From Patescibacteria group bacterium (GTDB lineage Bacteria; Patescibacteriota; Patescibacteriia; 2-01-FULL-39-33): a stretch of DNA of 32,000 nt. The stretch is taken from assembly GCA_041662745.1 (NCBI GenBank), contig JBAZRV010000004.1, positions 30,001-62,000 of the forward strand, in the 5' to 3' direction. The position numbers were made by a program, and so were the translations under genes. Positions within the stretch are counted from its first letter, which is position 1; each line of letters opens with the position of its first letter. A model generated the notes under the pieces. That model worked only from the letters and a program-made list of their open reading frames with translations, was not told where the DNA came from and ran no database searches. Below, piece after piece: positions 10,147 through 19,280 of the stretch.

Positions 10147-10713
10147 ATGAAACTAATAGTCGGCCTGGGCAATCCCGGCAAAAAATACGAGTCTACCTGG
10201 CATAATCTGGGCTGGTTGGCTGTTGAAAATTTTCGACAGTTAACGGATCTGCCGAAACTGAAAAAATCAACCAAATTCCAAGCGGAAATCAGCGCCGGTG
10301 AGATCAATGGCGAAAAGGCCGTCTTGGCCCGGCCGCTGACCTACATGAATAATTCCGGAATCAGCGTGAGCGCTCTGGCCAAATTCTATAAAATAAAAAT
10401 TGAAGACATTATCGTTATCCACGATGATAAAGACTTAGCTTTGGGCCGGTTGCGCTTATCGCAAGACTCTTCAGCCGGAGGCCATAACGGCGTCAAATCA
10501 ATCATTGAACGCTTAGGCGGCCAGAAATTCTTGCGCGTCCGCTTAGGCGTCAAAACGCCGCTTCTGGACCGAGTTTCCACCGCCGATTATGTCTTGATGA
10601 AATGGGCTAAAGATGAAAAAACGGCGGTTAAAGAACAAACAAAAAAAGCCGCGACTGCGACTCTAAGCATTCTTACCGACGGCTTAACCAAAGCGATGAA
10701 TCAATATAATTAA
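10147..10713 (+). CDS. pth: Peptidyl-tRNA hydrolase
   Basis: MKLIVGLGNPGKKYESTWHNLGW...GGHNGVKSI is the canonical Pth signature. Confidence 0.93.
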   Translation: MKLIVGLGNPGKKYESTWHNLGWLAVENFRQLTDLPKLKKSTKFQAEISAGEINGEKAVLARPLTYMNNSGISVSALAKFYKIKIEDIIVIHDDKDLALGRLRLSQDSSAGGHNGVKSIIERLGGQKFLRVRLGVKTPLLDRVSTADYVLMKWAKDEKTAVKEQTKKAATATLSILTDGLTKAMNQYN

Positions 10714-10936
10714 ATGACGGCCATGATACTGTCTGCCAATAAGCGAGAATTATCAGGAGGGGGACAATAATCGCTAGTTAACAGACAGGATTATAACCGT
10801 CATTCGCTGTTTTGGGCCCAAATAACGGCCAACTGTTTTACGACCCCATCTTAACAAATAACTCCGAACCCGTCAAGGCTTTGGGGTAAAAATTAATAAG
10901 CCGTTATTTTTTTAATTTTAACTTTCTTTATCAGCC

Positions 10937-12025
10937 ATGATTAACGCGCCCTATTTAATAGCTCTGTCACAAATAAGCTTCTTAGGCCCCTCGCGCCTAA
11001 AACGGCTGATTGAATTCTTCCCCGATCTTAAGGACGCCTGGATCGCCAAATTCCCTGAACTTTTAGCCGCGGGATTTAACGAAAAGGAAGCGACGGATAT
11101 AATTTTAAAACGCCAAGAAATAAATCCGGAACAGGAGCTAAAACAATTAGAACGGGCCGGCATTAAATTCATAACCTCTGCTGAGGCCAATTACCCAAGG
11201 CTTCTGAAGGAAATTTATAATGCTCCGCCGCTGCTATACTATCGCGGTAATATTGAGTGCCTTGGCGCCTCTTGCTTGGGCGTGGTCGGCGCCAGAAAAC
11301 ATACGGCCTATGGCCAGCAAGCGACAGAAAAAATAGTCGCCGGCATTGCTCAGGCCGGAATCACGGTGATCTCCGGCTTAGCCTTGGGAATTGACGCTTT
11401 GGCGCATAAAATAACTTTAGATCAAGGAGGACTGACAGCGGCCGTATTGGGATCGGATTTAAGCTGGGATAATATCGGACCTAAAGCCAACTTTCATTTA
11501 GCTGAAAAAATCTTGGCCTCCGCCGGCTGTTTGGTTTCGGAGTTTCCTTTGGGCGTCAGCGCCAACCGCACAACCTTTCCTCAACGCAACCGCCTGATTT
11601 CCGGCTTGTCTTCCGGCGTATTGGTTATTGAAGCGGGCGAAAGTTCCGGCTCGCTGATTACCGCCAATTACGCCTTGGAACAAAACCGCGACGTTTTTGC
11701 CGTGCCCGGAAGCATCTTCAGTCCCTGTTCCGCGGGCACCAACAATCTAATCAAAAAGGGAGCCAAATCAATAACTGAACCCGCTGAAATAATTGAGGAG
11801 TACGGCTGGCAAAAATTGCCTAAAATAACAGTAATCGCCCCGGAAAACAAACCGACTGAAGCGGAAAAAGAAATCCTGGAATACCTCTCGGCTGAACCGC
11901 TCCACCTTGACAAAATCGTCCAAGTGTGTAATATTAGGGTTAATACTCTCTCATCCTTGCTTATGATAATGTCAATAAAAGGACTAGTGAAAGACCTTGG
12001 CGGGGGTAATTATATCAGGATATAG
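10937..12025 (+). CDS. dprA: DNA-processing protein DprA/Smf
   Basis: Rossmann-like core VVGARKHTAYG...VISGLALGIDALAHK...FPQRNRLISGLS...VIEAGESSGSLITA and a C-terminal winged-helix-like tail. Confidence 0.9.
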   Translation: MINAPYLIALSQISFLGPSRLKRLIEFFPDLKDAWIAKFPELLAAGFNEKEATDIILKRQEINPEQELKQLERAGIKFITSAEANYPRLLKEIYNAPPLLYYRGNIECLGASCLGVVGARKHTAYGQQATEKIVAGIAQAGITVISGLALGIDALAHKITLDQGGLTAAVLGSDLSWDNIGPKANFHLAEKILASAGCLVSEFPLGVSANRTTFPQRNRLISGLSSGVLVIEAGESSGSLITANYALEQNRDVFAVPGSIFSPCSAGTNNLIKKGAKSITEPAEIIEEYGWQKLPKITVIAPENKPTEAEKEILEYLSAEPLHLDKIVQVCNIRVNTLSSLLMIMSIKGLVKDLGGGNYIRI

Positions 12026-12150
12026 GTTATGAATTCCGTAAAGCCGAAAATTAAAAAATTATTTTTAATGACTCCGGGCCTTAATGACTTTCTAAACTTA
12101 TAATTTTTATCTTTTAACTTAATCAATCCGCGCCACCATTAATTTCTCTT

Positions 12151-14337
12151 ATGCCTCATAAACTTCTCATCGTTGAGTCCCCGGCCAAAGCCAAAACCAT
12201 TGCCAAGTATCTGAATAACGAATACACGGTCAAGGCCTCGGTCGGACACATTCGCGATCTGCCGAAATCAAATAAAAACGCCATTGATATCAAGGGCGGA
12301 TTCGTGCCGCATTACGAGGTTGTTCCCGGCAAAGAAAAAATTGTCAGCGAATTGAAAAGCTTGGCGCATAAAGCCGACGAAGTGGTATTGGCTACCGATC
12401 CGGACCGCGAAGGAGAAGCGATCGCCTGGCATATCAAGGAGGCTATCGGCTTAAAGCACCCCAAAAGAATCGTCTTTCATGAGATTACCAAAGAAGCCGT
12501 ACAGGAAGCCATCAAGCACCCGCGCGAGATTGACGAGAACCTAAAAGAGGCGCAAGAGGCGCGCCGCGTCCTTGATCGCTTGTTCGGTTACGATCTCAGC
12601 GCCCTAATCTGGCAAAAAGTCCGCTACGGCTTATCCGCCGGCCGCGTGCAATCCCCGGCTCTGCGTATCCTAACGGAAAAAGAAAAAGAAATCCGCGCTT
12701 TCGTGCCGGAAACCTATTTTGTTTTGGAAGCTGATTTTGAAACGCCGCAAAATGACAAGCTAAAATTCAAATGCAGCGAACAGCCCAAAACAGCCGAGGA
12801 CTCGGAAGACATCCTGGCTAAAGCCAAAAAAGCGGATTGGCAAGTCAAAGCCGTGGAAGAAAACGAGGCCACCCGCCGCGCCAAAGCGCCGTTTACCACC
12901 TCAACATTGCAACAATCATCCTCTTCGCGCCTGGGCTATTCGCCCAGCCAGACCATGCGTTTGGCGCAGAAACTCTACGAAGCCGGCCATATTACTTACA
13001 TGCGTACCGATTCCACCACTTTGAGCGGCCAGGCCATGAAAGAAATCAATAGTTTTATTATAGAAAAATTCGGCAAGGAATACGCTAAACCGCAAAAATT
13101 CTTAGCTAAAAGCAAAAACGCGCAAGAAGCGCACGAGGCTGTCCGTCCGACGCATTTTTCGGTCACCGAAGCCGGACATACGCCGCAAGAGAAGCGACTC
13201 TATCAATTGATTTGGCAAAGGACTGTCGCCTGCCAAATGGCCGACGCCAAAACCCTGAAAACCAAAGCTATTGCCAGCGCTAAAAACGAAACGGAAATGC
13301 CGGAATTTGTCGCCGAAGGCAGCCGTATTACTTTTGCCGGCTGGCTGAAGGCCGATCCCAAGGCCCGAGGCGAAGAAGTGGAATTGCCCAAAATGACCGC
13401 CGGCGAAAAATTAAAGCTGTTGGATATCCTGGCCGAAGAAAAGCAAACCGAACCGCCGCATCGCTACACCGAGGCCGGCTTAGTCAAGGAATTGGAAAAA
13501 CGCGGCATCGGCCGTCCTTCCACCTATGCCTCCATTATTGACACCGTTATCAAGCGCGGTTACGTCACCAAAGAGCAAAAATCGCTCAAGGTAACCGAGA
13601 TCGGCGAACTGGTTGATGATTTTCTGGAAAAATATTTCGGCGATTATATCTCCGACACTTTTACCGCGGAAATGGAAAATCAACTGGATGAAATCGCCCG
13701 AGGCCAGGACACTTACATCAAAACCTTGAAAGATTTTTACGGCCCCTTTACTGAAGCGGTCAAGAGCAAAAAGTCCATTCCCAAGATTACCGACTTAGGC
13801 GATGCGCCGGCCGATATCAAATGCCCGGAATGCGGAGCAAAAATGAAAATCAAACTGGGACGCGGCGGCAAATTCTATTCCTGCGAACGGTTCCCCGATT
13901 GCCAGGGCGCCTTGACTATGGAGGGAAAAGTATTGGAACCGCCCAAAGATACGGGTGAAATCTGCCCCAAATGCGGCAAAGGCAAACTGATTGAACGCGA
14001 AGGCAAATACGGCAAATTCATCGCTTGCTCCAATTATCCCAAATGCAAATTCATCAAAAAAGACGAGGCAGCCGAAGCGGAACGAATGAAGGCCGCCGAT
14101 ACCGGCGTGCAATGCCCGGAATGCAAAAAAGGCACGATGATAGAAAAACGCGGACGCTACGGAGTTTTCTACGGTTGCAGCAATTATCCCGACTGCAAAA
14201 ACATCGTCAAAGCCAAGCCCACGGGCGAACTCTGCCCGCAATGCGGTAAACTGATGATGGCGGGAACCAAAACGATCCCCGAAAGGTGCTCGGACAAGAA
14301 CTGCCCCAACCATAATCCGCAAAAACTCAAAAAATAA
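12151..14337 (+). CDS. topA: DNA topoisomerase I with four C-terminal zinc ribbons
   Basis: Toprim N-terminus LLIVESPAKAKTI, the active-site region ITYMRTDS, and four CxxC...CxxC modules in the C-terminal 180 aa. Confidence 0.95.
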   Translation: MPHKLLIVESPAKAKTIAKYLNNEYTVKASVGHIRDLPKSNKNAIDIKGGFVPHYEVVPGKEKIVSELKSLAHKADEVVLATDPDREGEAIAWHIKEAIGLKHPKRIVFHEITKEAVQEAIKHPREIDENLKEAQEARRVLDRLFGYDLSALIWQKVRYGLSAGRVQSPALRILTEKEKEIRAFVPETYFVLEADFETPQNDKLKFKCSEQPKTAEDSEDILAKAKKADWQVKAVEENEATRRAKAPFTTSTLQQSSSSRLGYSPSQTMRLAQKLYEAGHITYMRTDSTTLSGQAMKEINSFIIEKFGKEYAKPQKFLAKSKNAQEAHEAVRPTHFSVTEAGHTPQEKRLYQLIWQRTVACQMADAKTLKTKAIASAKNETEMPEFVAEGSRITFAGWLKADPKARGEEVELPKMTAGEKLKLLDILAEEKQTEPPHRYTEAGLVKELEKRGIGRPSTYASIIDTVIKRGYVTKEQKSLKVTEIGELVDDFLEKYFGDYISDTFTAEMENQLDEIARGQDTYIKTLKDFYGPFTEAVKSKKSIPKITDLGDAPADIKCPECGAKMKIKLGRGGKFYSCERFPDCQGALTMEGKVLEPPKDTGEICPKCGKGKLIEREGKYGKFIACSNYPKCKFIKKDEAAEAERMKAADTGVQCPECKKGTMIEKRGRYGVFYGCSNYPDCKNIVKAKPTGELCPQCGKLMMAGTKTIPERCSDKNCPNHNPQKLKK

Positions 14338-14371
14338 TATTTGTTACGTAGCCTGCTACGTAGCAAGCAGA

Positions 14372-14397
14372 ATCCCGCCGGACGGCGGGATTTTTTA
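14372..14397 (+). terminator. Rho-independent terminator after topA
   Basis: Stem atcccgcc (14372-14379) pairs with ggcgggat (14384-14391) around loop ggac, followed by a T5-6 run. Confidence 0.8.
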
Positions 14398-14564
14398 AAA
14401 AAGACGCGCCAAAATTTAAGGCGACTTTACCTAATTTATGGAATACGTACTATCATCACCTTGGGGATGACGATGAATAAAAGCTCATTTTAGGTGATTA
14501 TTTACAATCGCCAATACCCGTTAGACAGCCGACTATTTATTGTTTATAATAAGTCTACACCAAT

Positions 14565-16028
14565 ATGGCCATTCTTAATCCGCAAAAAGAGTTTGATAAA
14601 CTGCTAAAAACCGTTCAAGAAAAACAAATCGGCGGGGATTTGGATATGTTAAAGCTGGCTTATGATTTCGCCTTTGAGGCCCATAAAGGACAAGTGCGCG
14701 CCTCCGGCAATCCTTACATTATCCATCCGCTGGCAACCGCCCAAAAATTAGCGGAGATGAATTTTGATTTGACGACGATTATTGCCGGCCTGCTTCATGA
14801 CGTTCCCGAAGATACCGAGGTGACGCTTTCAGAAATAGAAAAAAATTTCGGCCCGGAAGTCTCCCGATTGGTTGAGGGCATCACCAAATTGGGCAAACTC
14901 AAATACCGCGGCATGGAACGCTACGCCGAGAATCTGCGCAAGATGTTCGTAGCCATGTCTGACGACATCAGGGTCATCCTGATCAAATTCGCCGATCGGT
15001 TGCATAACCTGAAGACCTTGGACGCTCTGCCGCCGGACAAACGCTTCCGCATCGCCAAAGAAACCCTGGAAATTTACGCGCCGATTGCCGATCGCCTGGC
15101 GATCGGACAAATCAAAGGCGAATTGGAGGATCTGTCTTTCCCTTATGTTTATCCTGAAGACTACAAATGGATTACTGCGATCATTCCGCGCGAATACAAA
15201 ATCAAAGAAAAATACTTGCAAGAGGTCAAAGACAAGGTTAGGAAAAAATTAGCGGAAGAGGGCATCACGATTGATGAGATTTCCATTCAGGGCCGTACCA
15301 AGCATCTTTACTCGCTGTACAAGAAACTTTTACGGCCGCATATTAATCGCGACCTGTCCAAAATCTACGATCTGATCGCTTTGCGTTTGATTGTGCCGAC
15401 AGTTACCGATTGTTACAGCGCTTTGGGAGTCCTGCACAGCATTTACCGACCCATGCCCGGACGCATCAAGGATTACATCGCCAATCCCAAACCCAACGGC
15501 TACCAATCATTGCACACCACCGTCTTCACTGATGACGGAGAAATCGTAGAATTCCAAATCCGCACCAGAAAAATGCACGAGCAGGCTGAATACGGAATCG
15601 CCGCTCACTGGAGTTACAAAGAAAGCGGGGGCAAAACCGCGAACACTAATTTAAAATGGCTGAACGAACTGGTGGAGTGGCAAAAAAAGGTCAAAGATAA
15701 CGATCAATTCCTGCAAACCGTCAAACTGGATGTCTTTCAAAACCGCATTTTCGTTTTCACGCCTCACGGCGATGTCATTGATTTGCCGGAAGGCGCTACG
15801 CCGGTTGATTTTGCTTATCACGTCCACAGCTCCCTGGGCGACAAATGCGTCGGCGCCAGGGTCAATGACCAATTGGTCAGCTTGGGGCATCAGCTCAAAT
15901 CCGGCGATATCGTAGAAATCATTACCGACAAAAACCGCAAAACCCCCAACGCCGACTGGATGGAAACAGTCAAGACCTCCATGGCCAAAGGCAAAATCAG
16001 GGCGGCCATCAATAAGCTAAAAAAATAA
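14565..16028 (+). CDS. rel: Rel/SpoT homolog: HD hydrolase, (p)ppGpp synthetase and TGS domains, with no C-terminal ZFD/ACT region
   Basis: HD motif LLHDVPEDT, synthetase region YRPMPGRIKDYIANPKPNGYQSLHTTV, and TGS region IFVFTPHGDVIDLPEGATPVDFAY. The protein stops at 487 aa, shortly after TGS. Confidence 0.88.
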   Translation: MAILNPQKEFDKLLKTVQEKQIGGDLDMLKLAYDFAFEAHKGQVRASGNPYIIHPLATAQKLAEMNFDLTTIIAGLLHDVPEDTEVTLSEIEKNFGPEVSRLVEGITKLGKLKYRGMERYAENLRKMFVAMSDDIRVILIKFADRLHNLKTLDALPPDKRFRIAKETLEIYAPIADRLAIGQIKGELEDLSFPYVYPEDYKWITAIIPREYKIKEKYLQEVKDKVRKKLAEEGITIDEISIQGRTKHLYSLYKKLLRPHINRDLSKIYDLIALRLIVPTVTDCYSALGVLHSIYRPMPGRIKDYIANPKPNGYQSLHTTVFTDDGEIVEFQIRTRKMHEQAEYGIAAHWSYKESGGKTANTNLKWLNELVEWQKKVKDNDQFLQTVKLDVFQNRIFVFTPHGDVIDLPEGATPVDFAYHVHSSLGDKCVGARVNDQLVSLGHQLKSGDIVEIITDKNRKTPNADWMETVKTSMAKGKIRAAINKLKK

Positions 16029-16030
16029 AA

Positions 16031-16050
16031 GACCGCGGAAGCGGCCTTTT
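16031..16050. terminator. Weak bidirectional hairpin between the convergent rel and parB genes
   Basis: gaccgc ggaa gcggcc forms a 6-bp stem with one mismatch. It is flanked by an A-run upstream and tttt downstream. Confidence 0.4.
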
Positions 16051-16080
16051 ATGATATTGAAATCTTTTATGCCATTAAAA

Positions 16081-16962
16081 TCAAGAGATCTTGTTGACCA
16101 AGCTGCGCAATTCTTCATTGGAAAAAAATTTAATGGTGATCTGGCCCACCCCGCCGTGGCGCCTAATCTCTACCTTGGTGCCCAAAGCCGAAGCCACATC
16201 TTCCTCCATTTGCTTTGCCTCCGGATCAAATGATATTTTGCGCAAATTCCTCTTGACGACAATCACCTTCGCCGCTCTTTCGGCTTCGCGCACGCTCATC
16301 TTGTTCTCCAATATTCGCTGTAAGCCGTCAAATTGCTCGTCTTGAGGCAGGCCGGCCAAGGTGCGCGCATGCCCTTCGGACAAACGGCCGTCAACGATCG
16401 CTTCTTTGACTTCCGGTATCAGATTCAACAAACGCAAACTGTTAGCCACCGCTGAAGTGCTTTTGCCGACTTTTTTGGCCAACTCCACCCGGCTGAGATT
16501 AAATTCATCCTCTAATTTCTTATAGGCCATGGCCACCTCCAACGAATTCAAATCTTCGCGTTGCAAGTTCTCAATCAAAGCCAGCTCCATTTTCTTCTGT
16601 TCGCTTACCTCCCTGATGATTGACGGCACGGTTTTTAATCCGGCCAGCTTGGCGGCTTTAAGGCGGCGTTCGCCGGCAATCAGTTCGTAATCATCGCCCT
16701 TCTTGGTTACGATCAACGGTTGGATGATACCATGTTCCCTGATGGACTCGGCTAAATCGTTTAAAGCATCAACATCAAAGCTTTGCCGCGGTTGATGCGG
16801 ATTAGGCAGTATTTTCTCTACCAGCAACTGATTGATTCGCTCGTGGCTTTCAATCACCTCTTTAATTGTCGGATCAATCAAGCCGATGTTATTGTCGATC
16901 TTTTTGCCGGCGGGTATGAGCGAACCCAAGCCGCGGCCTAAGCCGGAAGGACGGGTGGACAT
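16081..16962 (-). CDS. parB: Chromosome partitioning protein ParB/Spo0J
   Basis: GLGRGLGSLIP N-terminus, the ParB box IIQPLIV...YELIAGERRLKAAKLAG, and an HTH region. Confidence 0.92.
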   Translation of the reverse strand: MSTRPSGLGRGLGSLIPAGKKIDNNIGLIDPTIKEVIESHERINQLLVEKILPNPHQPRQSFDVDALNDLAESIREHGIIQPLIVTKKGDDYELIAGERRLKAAKLAGLKTVPSIIREVSEQKKMELALIENLQREDLNSLEVAMAYKKLEDEFNLSRVELAKKVGKSTSAVANSLRLLNLIPEVKEAIVDGRLSEGHARTLAGLPQDEQFDGLQRILENKMSVREAERAAKVIVVKRNLRKISFDPEAKQMEEDVASALGTKVEIRRHGGVGQITIKFFSNEELRSLVNKIS

Positions 16963-16985
16963 ATATATTTTTATTTTATTTTATA

Positions 16986-17038
16986 TTGTCATTCCCGCGT
17001 ACCTTGCCTACCGACAGGCAGGGGCGGGAATCCAGGTT
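16986..17038. repeat. Nested palindromic repeat unit: outer attcccgc/gcgggaat arms with an inner ccttgcct...aggcaggg hairpin in the loop
   Basis: The outer arms 16991-16998 and 17024-17031 are complementary, as are the inner arms 17002-17009 and 17016-17023. Both 14-nt ends (ttgtcattcccgcg and cgggaatccaggtt) recur at 28203-28234 inside the RT gene. A degenerate relative (gtcgtcctgatcgtaatgagggatc) follows at 17044-17068. Confidence 0.8.
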
Positions 17039-17093
17039 TTCTTGTCGTCCTGATCGTAATGAGGGATCTAAAGTTAAATTCAAATTTATTTCT

Positions 17094-17120
17094 GATACCT
17101 TTCTCTATGAGAAAGGTATC
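17094..17120. repeat. Perfect 12-bp inverted repeat with a 3-nt loop
   Basis: gatacctttctc (17094-17105), loop tat, gagaaaggtatc (17109-17120). Confidence 0.85.
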
Positions 17121-17159
17121 TCCAAAGAGTCGCGAGCGAAGCATAAATCATGGCCTCTT

Positions 17160-17248
17160 GTCATTCTGAGCAAAGCGAAGAATCTCAGGTTTAAACTTTA
17201 GATCCTTCGTTTTCGCTCCCGCCTCGCTTCCGCTTCACTCGGGATGAC
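17160..17248. repeat. Inverted pair of gtcatYYYgag...gaagRatc-type repeat units
   Basis: Plus-strand gtcattctgagcaaagcgaagaatctc (17160-17186) faces a longer copy at 17201-17248. The reverse complement of that copy reads gtcatcccgagtgaagcggaagcgaggcgggagcgaaaacgaaggatc. The two are separated by about 14 nt, so together they can form one long hairpin. Confidence 0.7.
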
Positions 17249-17351
17249 GAAAAGGAAACTGAATCTAATTCTTGAATTCTCTGGTCGTTCCCGCATAAAG
17301 TCGCGCAAGATTTTGTTATGCTCGCACATTGGAAACAAATTTGAAACAACT

Positions 17352-18119
17352 TCAATTATTCTCGGTCAAATACACAAATTCGCGCGCCAAACGCTCGTAA
17401 GCCTTAGCGCCCTTGGACTTGGGATCATAGCTCAAGATGGTTTTGCCATGGCTCGGCGCCTCCGACAAACGCACGCTGCGCGGAATGACCGTACGGAAAA
17501 TCTGGTTGGGAAAATAATTGTACAGCTCGCTCAGCACATCATTGGCCAGTTTGAAACGGCTGTCATACATGGTTAGGACTACGCCTAAGATATCCAATTC
17601 CGGTTTGAGATTTTCGCGGATCAAGCCGATGGTATCAACCAATTGGCCCAATCCCTCCAAGGCAAAATATTCCGCCTGCACCGGAATCATCAATTTATCA
17701 GCGGCGGTCAAGCCGTTTAAGGTCAGAAGTCCCAAAGAAGGGGGGCAATCTATGATGATATAATCGTAGTTGTTTTTGACCTCCAATAGATTATCATACA
17801 AGCGGAATTCGCGGCGATCCAAATTGACAAACTCCACATTGGCGCCGGCCAGCGAGGTGGTGGAAGGAGCCAAATGATAATTATCATGGCCGGTCTCTAC
17901 GGCCACATCGGAGAAAGAATACGGCCCGGTCAAAACTTCATACACGCCGCGGTCTAAATTTTTGGCCACGCCCAAATGCGAAGTGGCATTGGATTGAGGA
18001 TCAAGATCAACCAAAAGCACGCGTTTGCCCAAATGGCTTAAAAACGCGGCTAAATTAACGGAGGTGGTGGTCTTTCCGACTCCGCCTTTTTGATTGACAA
18101 CGGAAATTACTTGTCCCAT
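17352..18119 (-). CDS. parA: Chromosome partitioning ATPase ParA/Soj
   Basis: Deviant Walker A NQKGGVGKTTTSVNLA, then VLLVDLDPQSNAT and IIIDCPPSLG. Confidence 0.93.
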   Translation of the reverse strand: MGQVISVVNQKGGVGKTTTSVNLAAFLSHLGKRVLLVDLDPQSNATSHLGVAKNLDRGVYEVLTGPYSFSDVAVETGHDNYHLAPSTTSLAGANVEFVNLDRREFRLYDNLLEVKNNYDYIIIDCPPSLGLLTLNGLTAADKLMIPVQAEYFALEGLGQLVDTIGLIRENLKPELDILGVVLTMYDSRFKLANDVLSELYNYFPNQIFRTVIPRSVRLSEAPSHGKTILSYDPKSKGAKAYERLAREFVYLTENN

Positions 18120-18204
18120 AACGGATTAATTATAACATAAAATTATCAACGAAGCAAAATCAAACAAAAATAAAAGCCAGCCTAACGCTGACGTTTCATT
18201 TCAG

Positions 18205-18276
<72 letters not shown>

Positions 18277-18456
18277 AAAACATGGCATATGGCTAATGGC
18301 ATATAACTTATGGTTTAATTATTAACTATAAGCTATGTGCCATTTGCTATGCGCTATCTGTTGACTGGCTCGGTTGTGAACCAGCCAATATCAAGTATTA
18401 TAAGGTATTTTGAGGAATTTGTCAAAGGCCGGTTTGAGGCCTCTTGGTCTAGGGGA

Positions 18457-18639
18457 AAATGCGACAAATGCGACAGTACTTTGGCACTTCCAATTTTATA
18501 ATTCTGAAGGGTTAAATGAGACAAATGAGACACCTATAGTGTGTTTTGAAAATAGTATCAAAAGCACGTTTTATGTTTAATTTTAGATTAAAATTTGATG
18601 AGACAGCCCGATGATGATTGTCTCATTTGCTAAATGCGA
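18457..18639 (+). promoter_or_regulatory. Cluster of AAATG(A/C)GAC iterons upstream of the Panacea-domain gene
   Basis: aaatgcgac occurs in tandem at 18457-18465 and 18466-18474. aaatgagac occurs in tandem at 18514-18522 and 18523-18531. There is also gatgagaca at 18597-18605, an inverted gtctcattt at 18620-18628, and aaatgcga at 18632-18639. The last three abut the -35 box. Confidence 0.55.
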
Positions 18640-18652
18640 TTTTTGCCAGCTC

Positions 18653-18681
18653 TTGACAGAATTTGAGCTTACATTTATGAT
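18653..18681 (+). promoter_or_regulatory. Sigma70-like promoter upstream of 18740
   Basis: TTGACA at 18653-18658, a 17-nt spacer, and TATGAT at 18676-18681. A second extended -10 (tgtTATAAT, 18720-18728) lies only 11 nt before the ATG and would give a near-leaderless mRNA. Confidence 0.5.
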
Positions 18682-18739
18682 TAAACATCTAGTTGTATTT
18701 GCGCTACTACCAAATTATTTGTTATAATATAGTCAACCT

Positions 18740-19276
18740 ATGAATATTCCCCTAGTAAAATTAAAAGCAATCCTTTTGTACTTCGGGACATTTACTGAAC
18801 AACGTTTTCTCGGCAAGGTAAAACTCATGAAGTTATTCTACTTCTTGGATTTTATGCATGTCAAAAAATTCGGTTCTCCGGTAACTTACGATAATTATAT
18901 CAAACTAGAGCATGGGCCCATTCCCTCTGCAATAAAGAACATGGTAGACACTGCGGAGGATGATGTGGATAATTCAGTCTTGTCTGATACTATAAAAATT
19001 GAAATGGCTGACGGAGAAGGAATCCATAGAATTGTCGCTCTAAGAAAGTTCACTGAAAATGACAAAAAATATTTCACGCCGACAGAAATTAATATACTGG
19101 AAACCGTAGTAGAAAGATTTGGTAGCAAGAATACGAAGTTCATCGAAGACGCCTCTCACAATGAAGCCCCCTGGAAAGAGACTTCATTTATGGATTCAAT
19201 TCCGTATTGGCTGGCTACGCATGATAATGACTGCCAGGTAAGCAGGGAGGAAATTGAGTTAATGTTGTCAATCTAG
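18740..19276 (+). CDS. Panacea-domain (DUF4065, SocA/GepA-like) putative antitoxin
   Basis: KLMKLFYFLDFMHVKKFGSPVTYDNYIKLEHGPIPSAI matches the pattern I recognise for DUF4065: KLxKLLYxxD...G.P.T...Y.....GPV/IP. Confidence 0.7.
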   Translation: MNIPLVKLKAILLYFGTFTEQRFLGKVKLMKLFYFLDFMHVKKFGSPVTYDNYIKLEHGPIPSAIKNMVDTAEDDVDNSVLSDTIKIEMADGEGIHRIVALRKFTENDKKYFTPTEINILETVVERFGSKNTKFIEDASHNEAPWKETSFMDSIPYWLATHDNDCQVSREEIELMLSI

Positions 19277-19280
19277 CCAT

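Noticed and set aside
10714-10913. SRP (4.5S) RNA or 6S RNA in the pth-dprA spacer
   Set aside because: I could not find the conserved SRP domain IV motifs (GGAA tetraloop context, AGCA), and the two hairpins do not form a single 6S-like rod. It is kept only as an unclassified structured region.
13795-14322. 175-aa minus-strand ORF antisense to the topA zinc-ribbon region
   Set aside because: It lies entirely inside the well-supported topA CDS. The low-complexity Ala/Phe/Gly-rich translation is typical of an antisense frame.
16986-17576. ORFs 16986-17201 and 17244-17576 (plus strand) in and beyond the parB-parA spacer
   Set aside because: The first is a translation of palindromic repeat units (SFPRTLPTDRQGRESR). 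The second mostly runs antisense to parA.
16963-18204. parS site (TGTTTCACGTGAAACA-like) near parAB
   Set aside because: I found no convincing 16-bp parS-like palindrome by eye in the window. It was not called.
18457-18531. CRISPR-like array suggested by the tandem repeats
   Set aside because: The units are only 9 nt, directly abutting without spacers, and there are just two copies of each. They are more consistent with protein-binding iterons.
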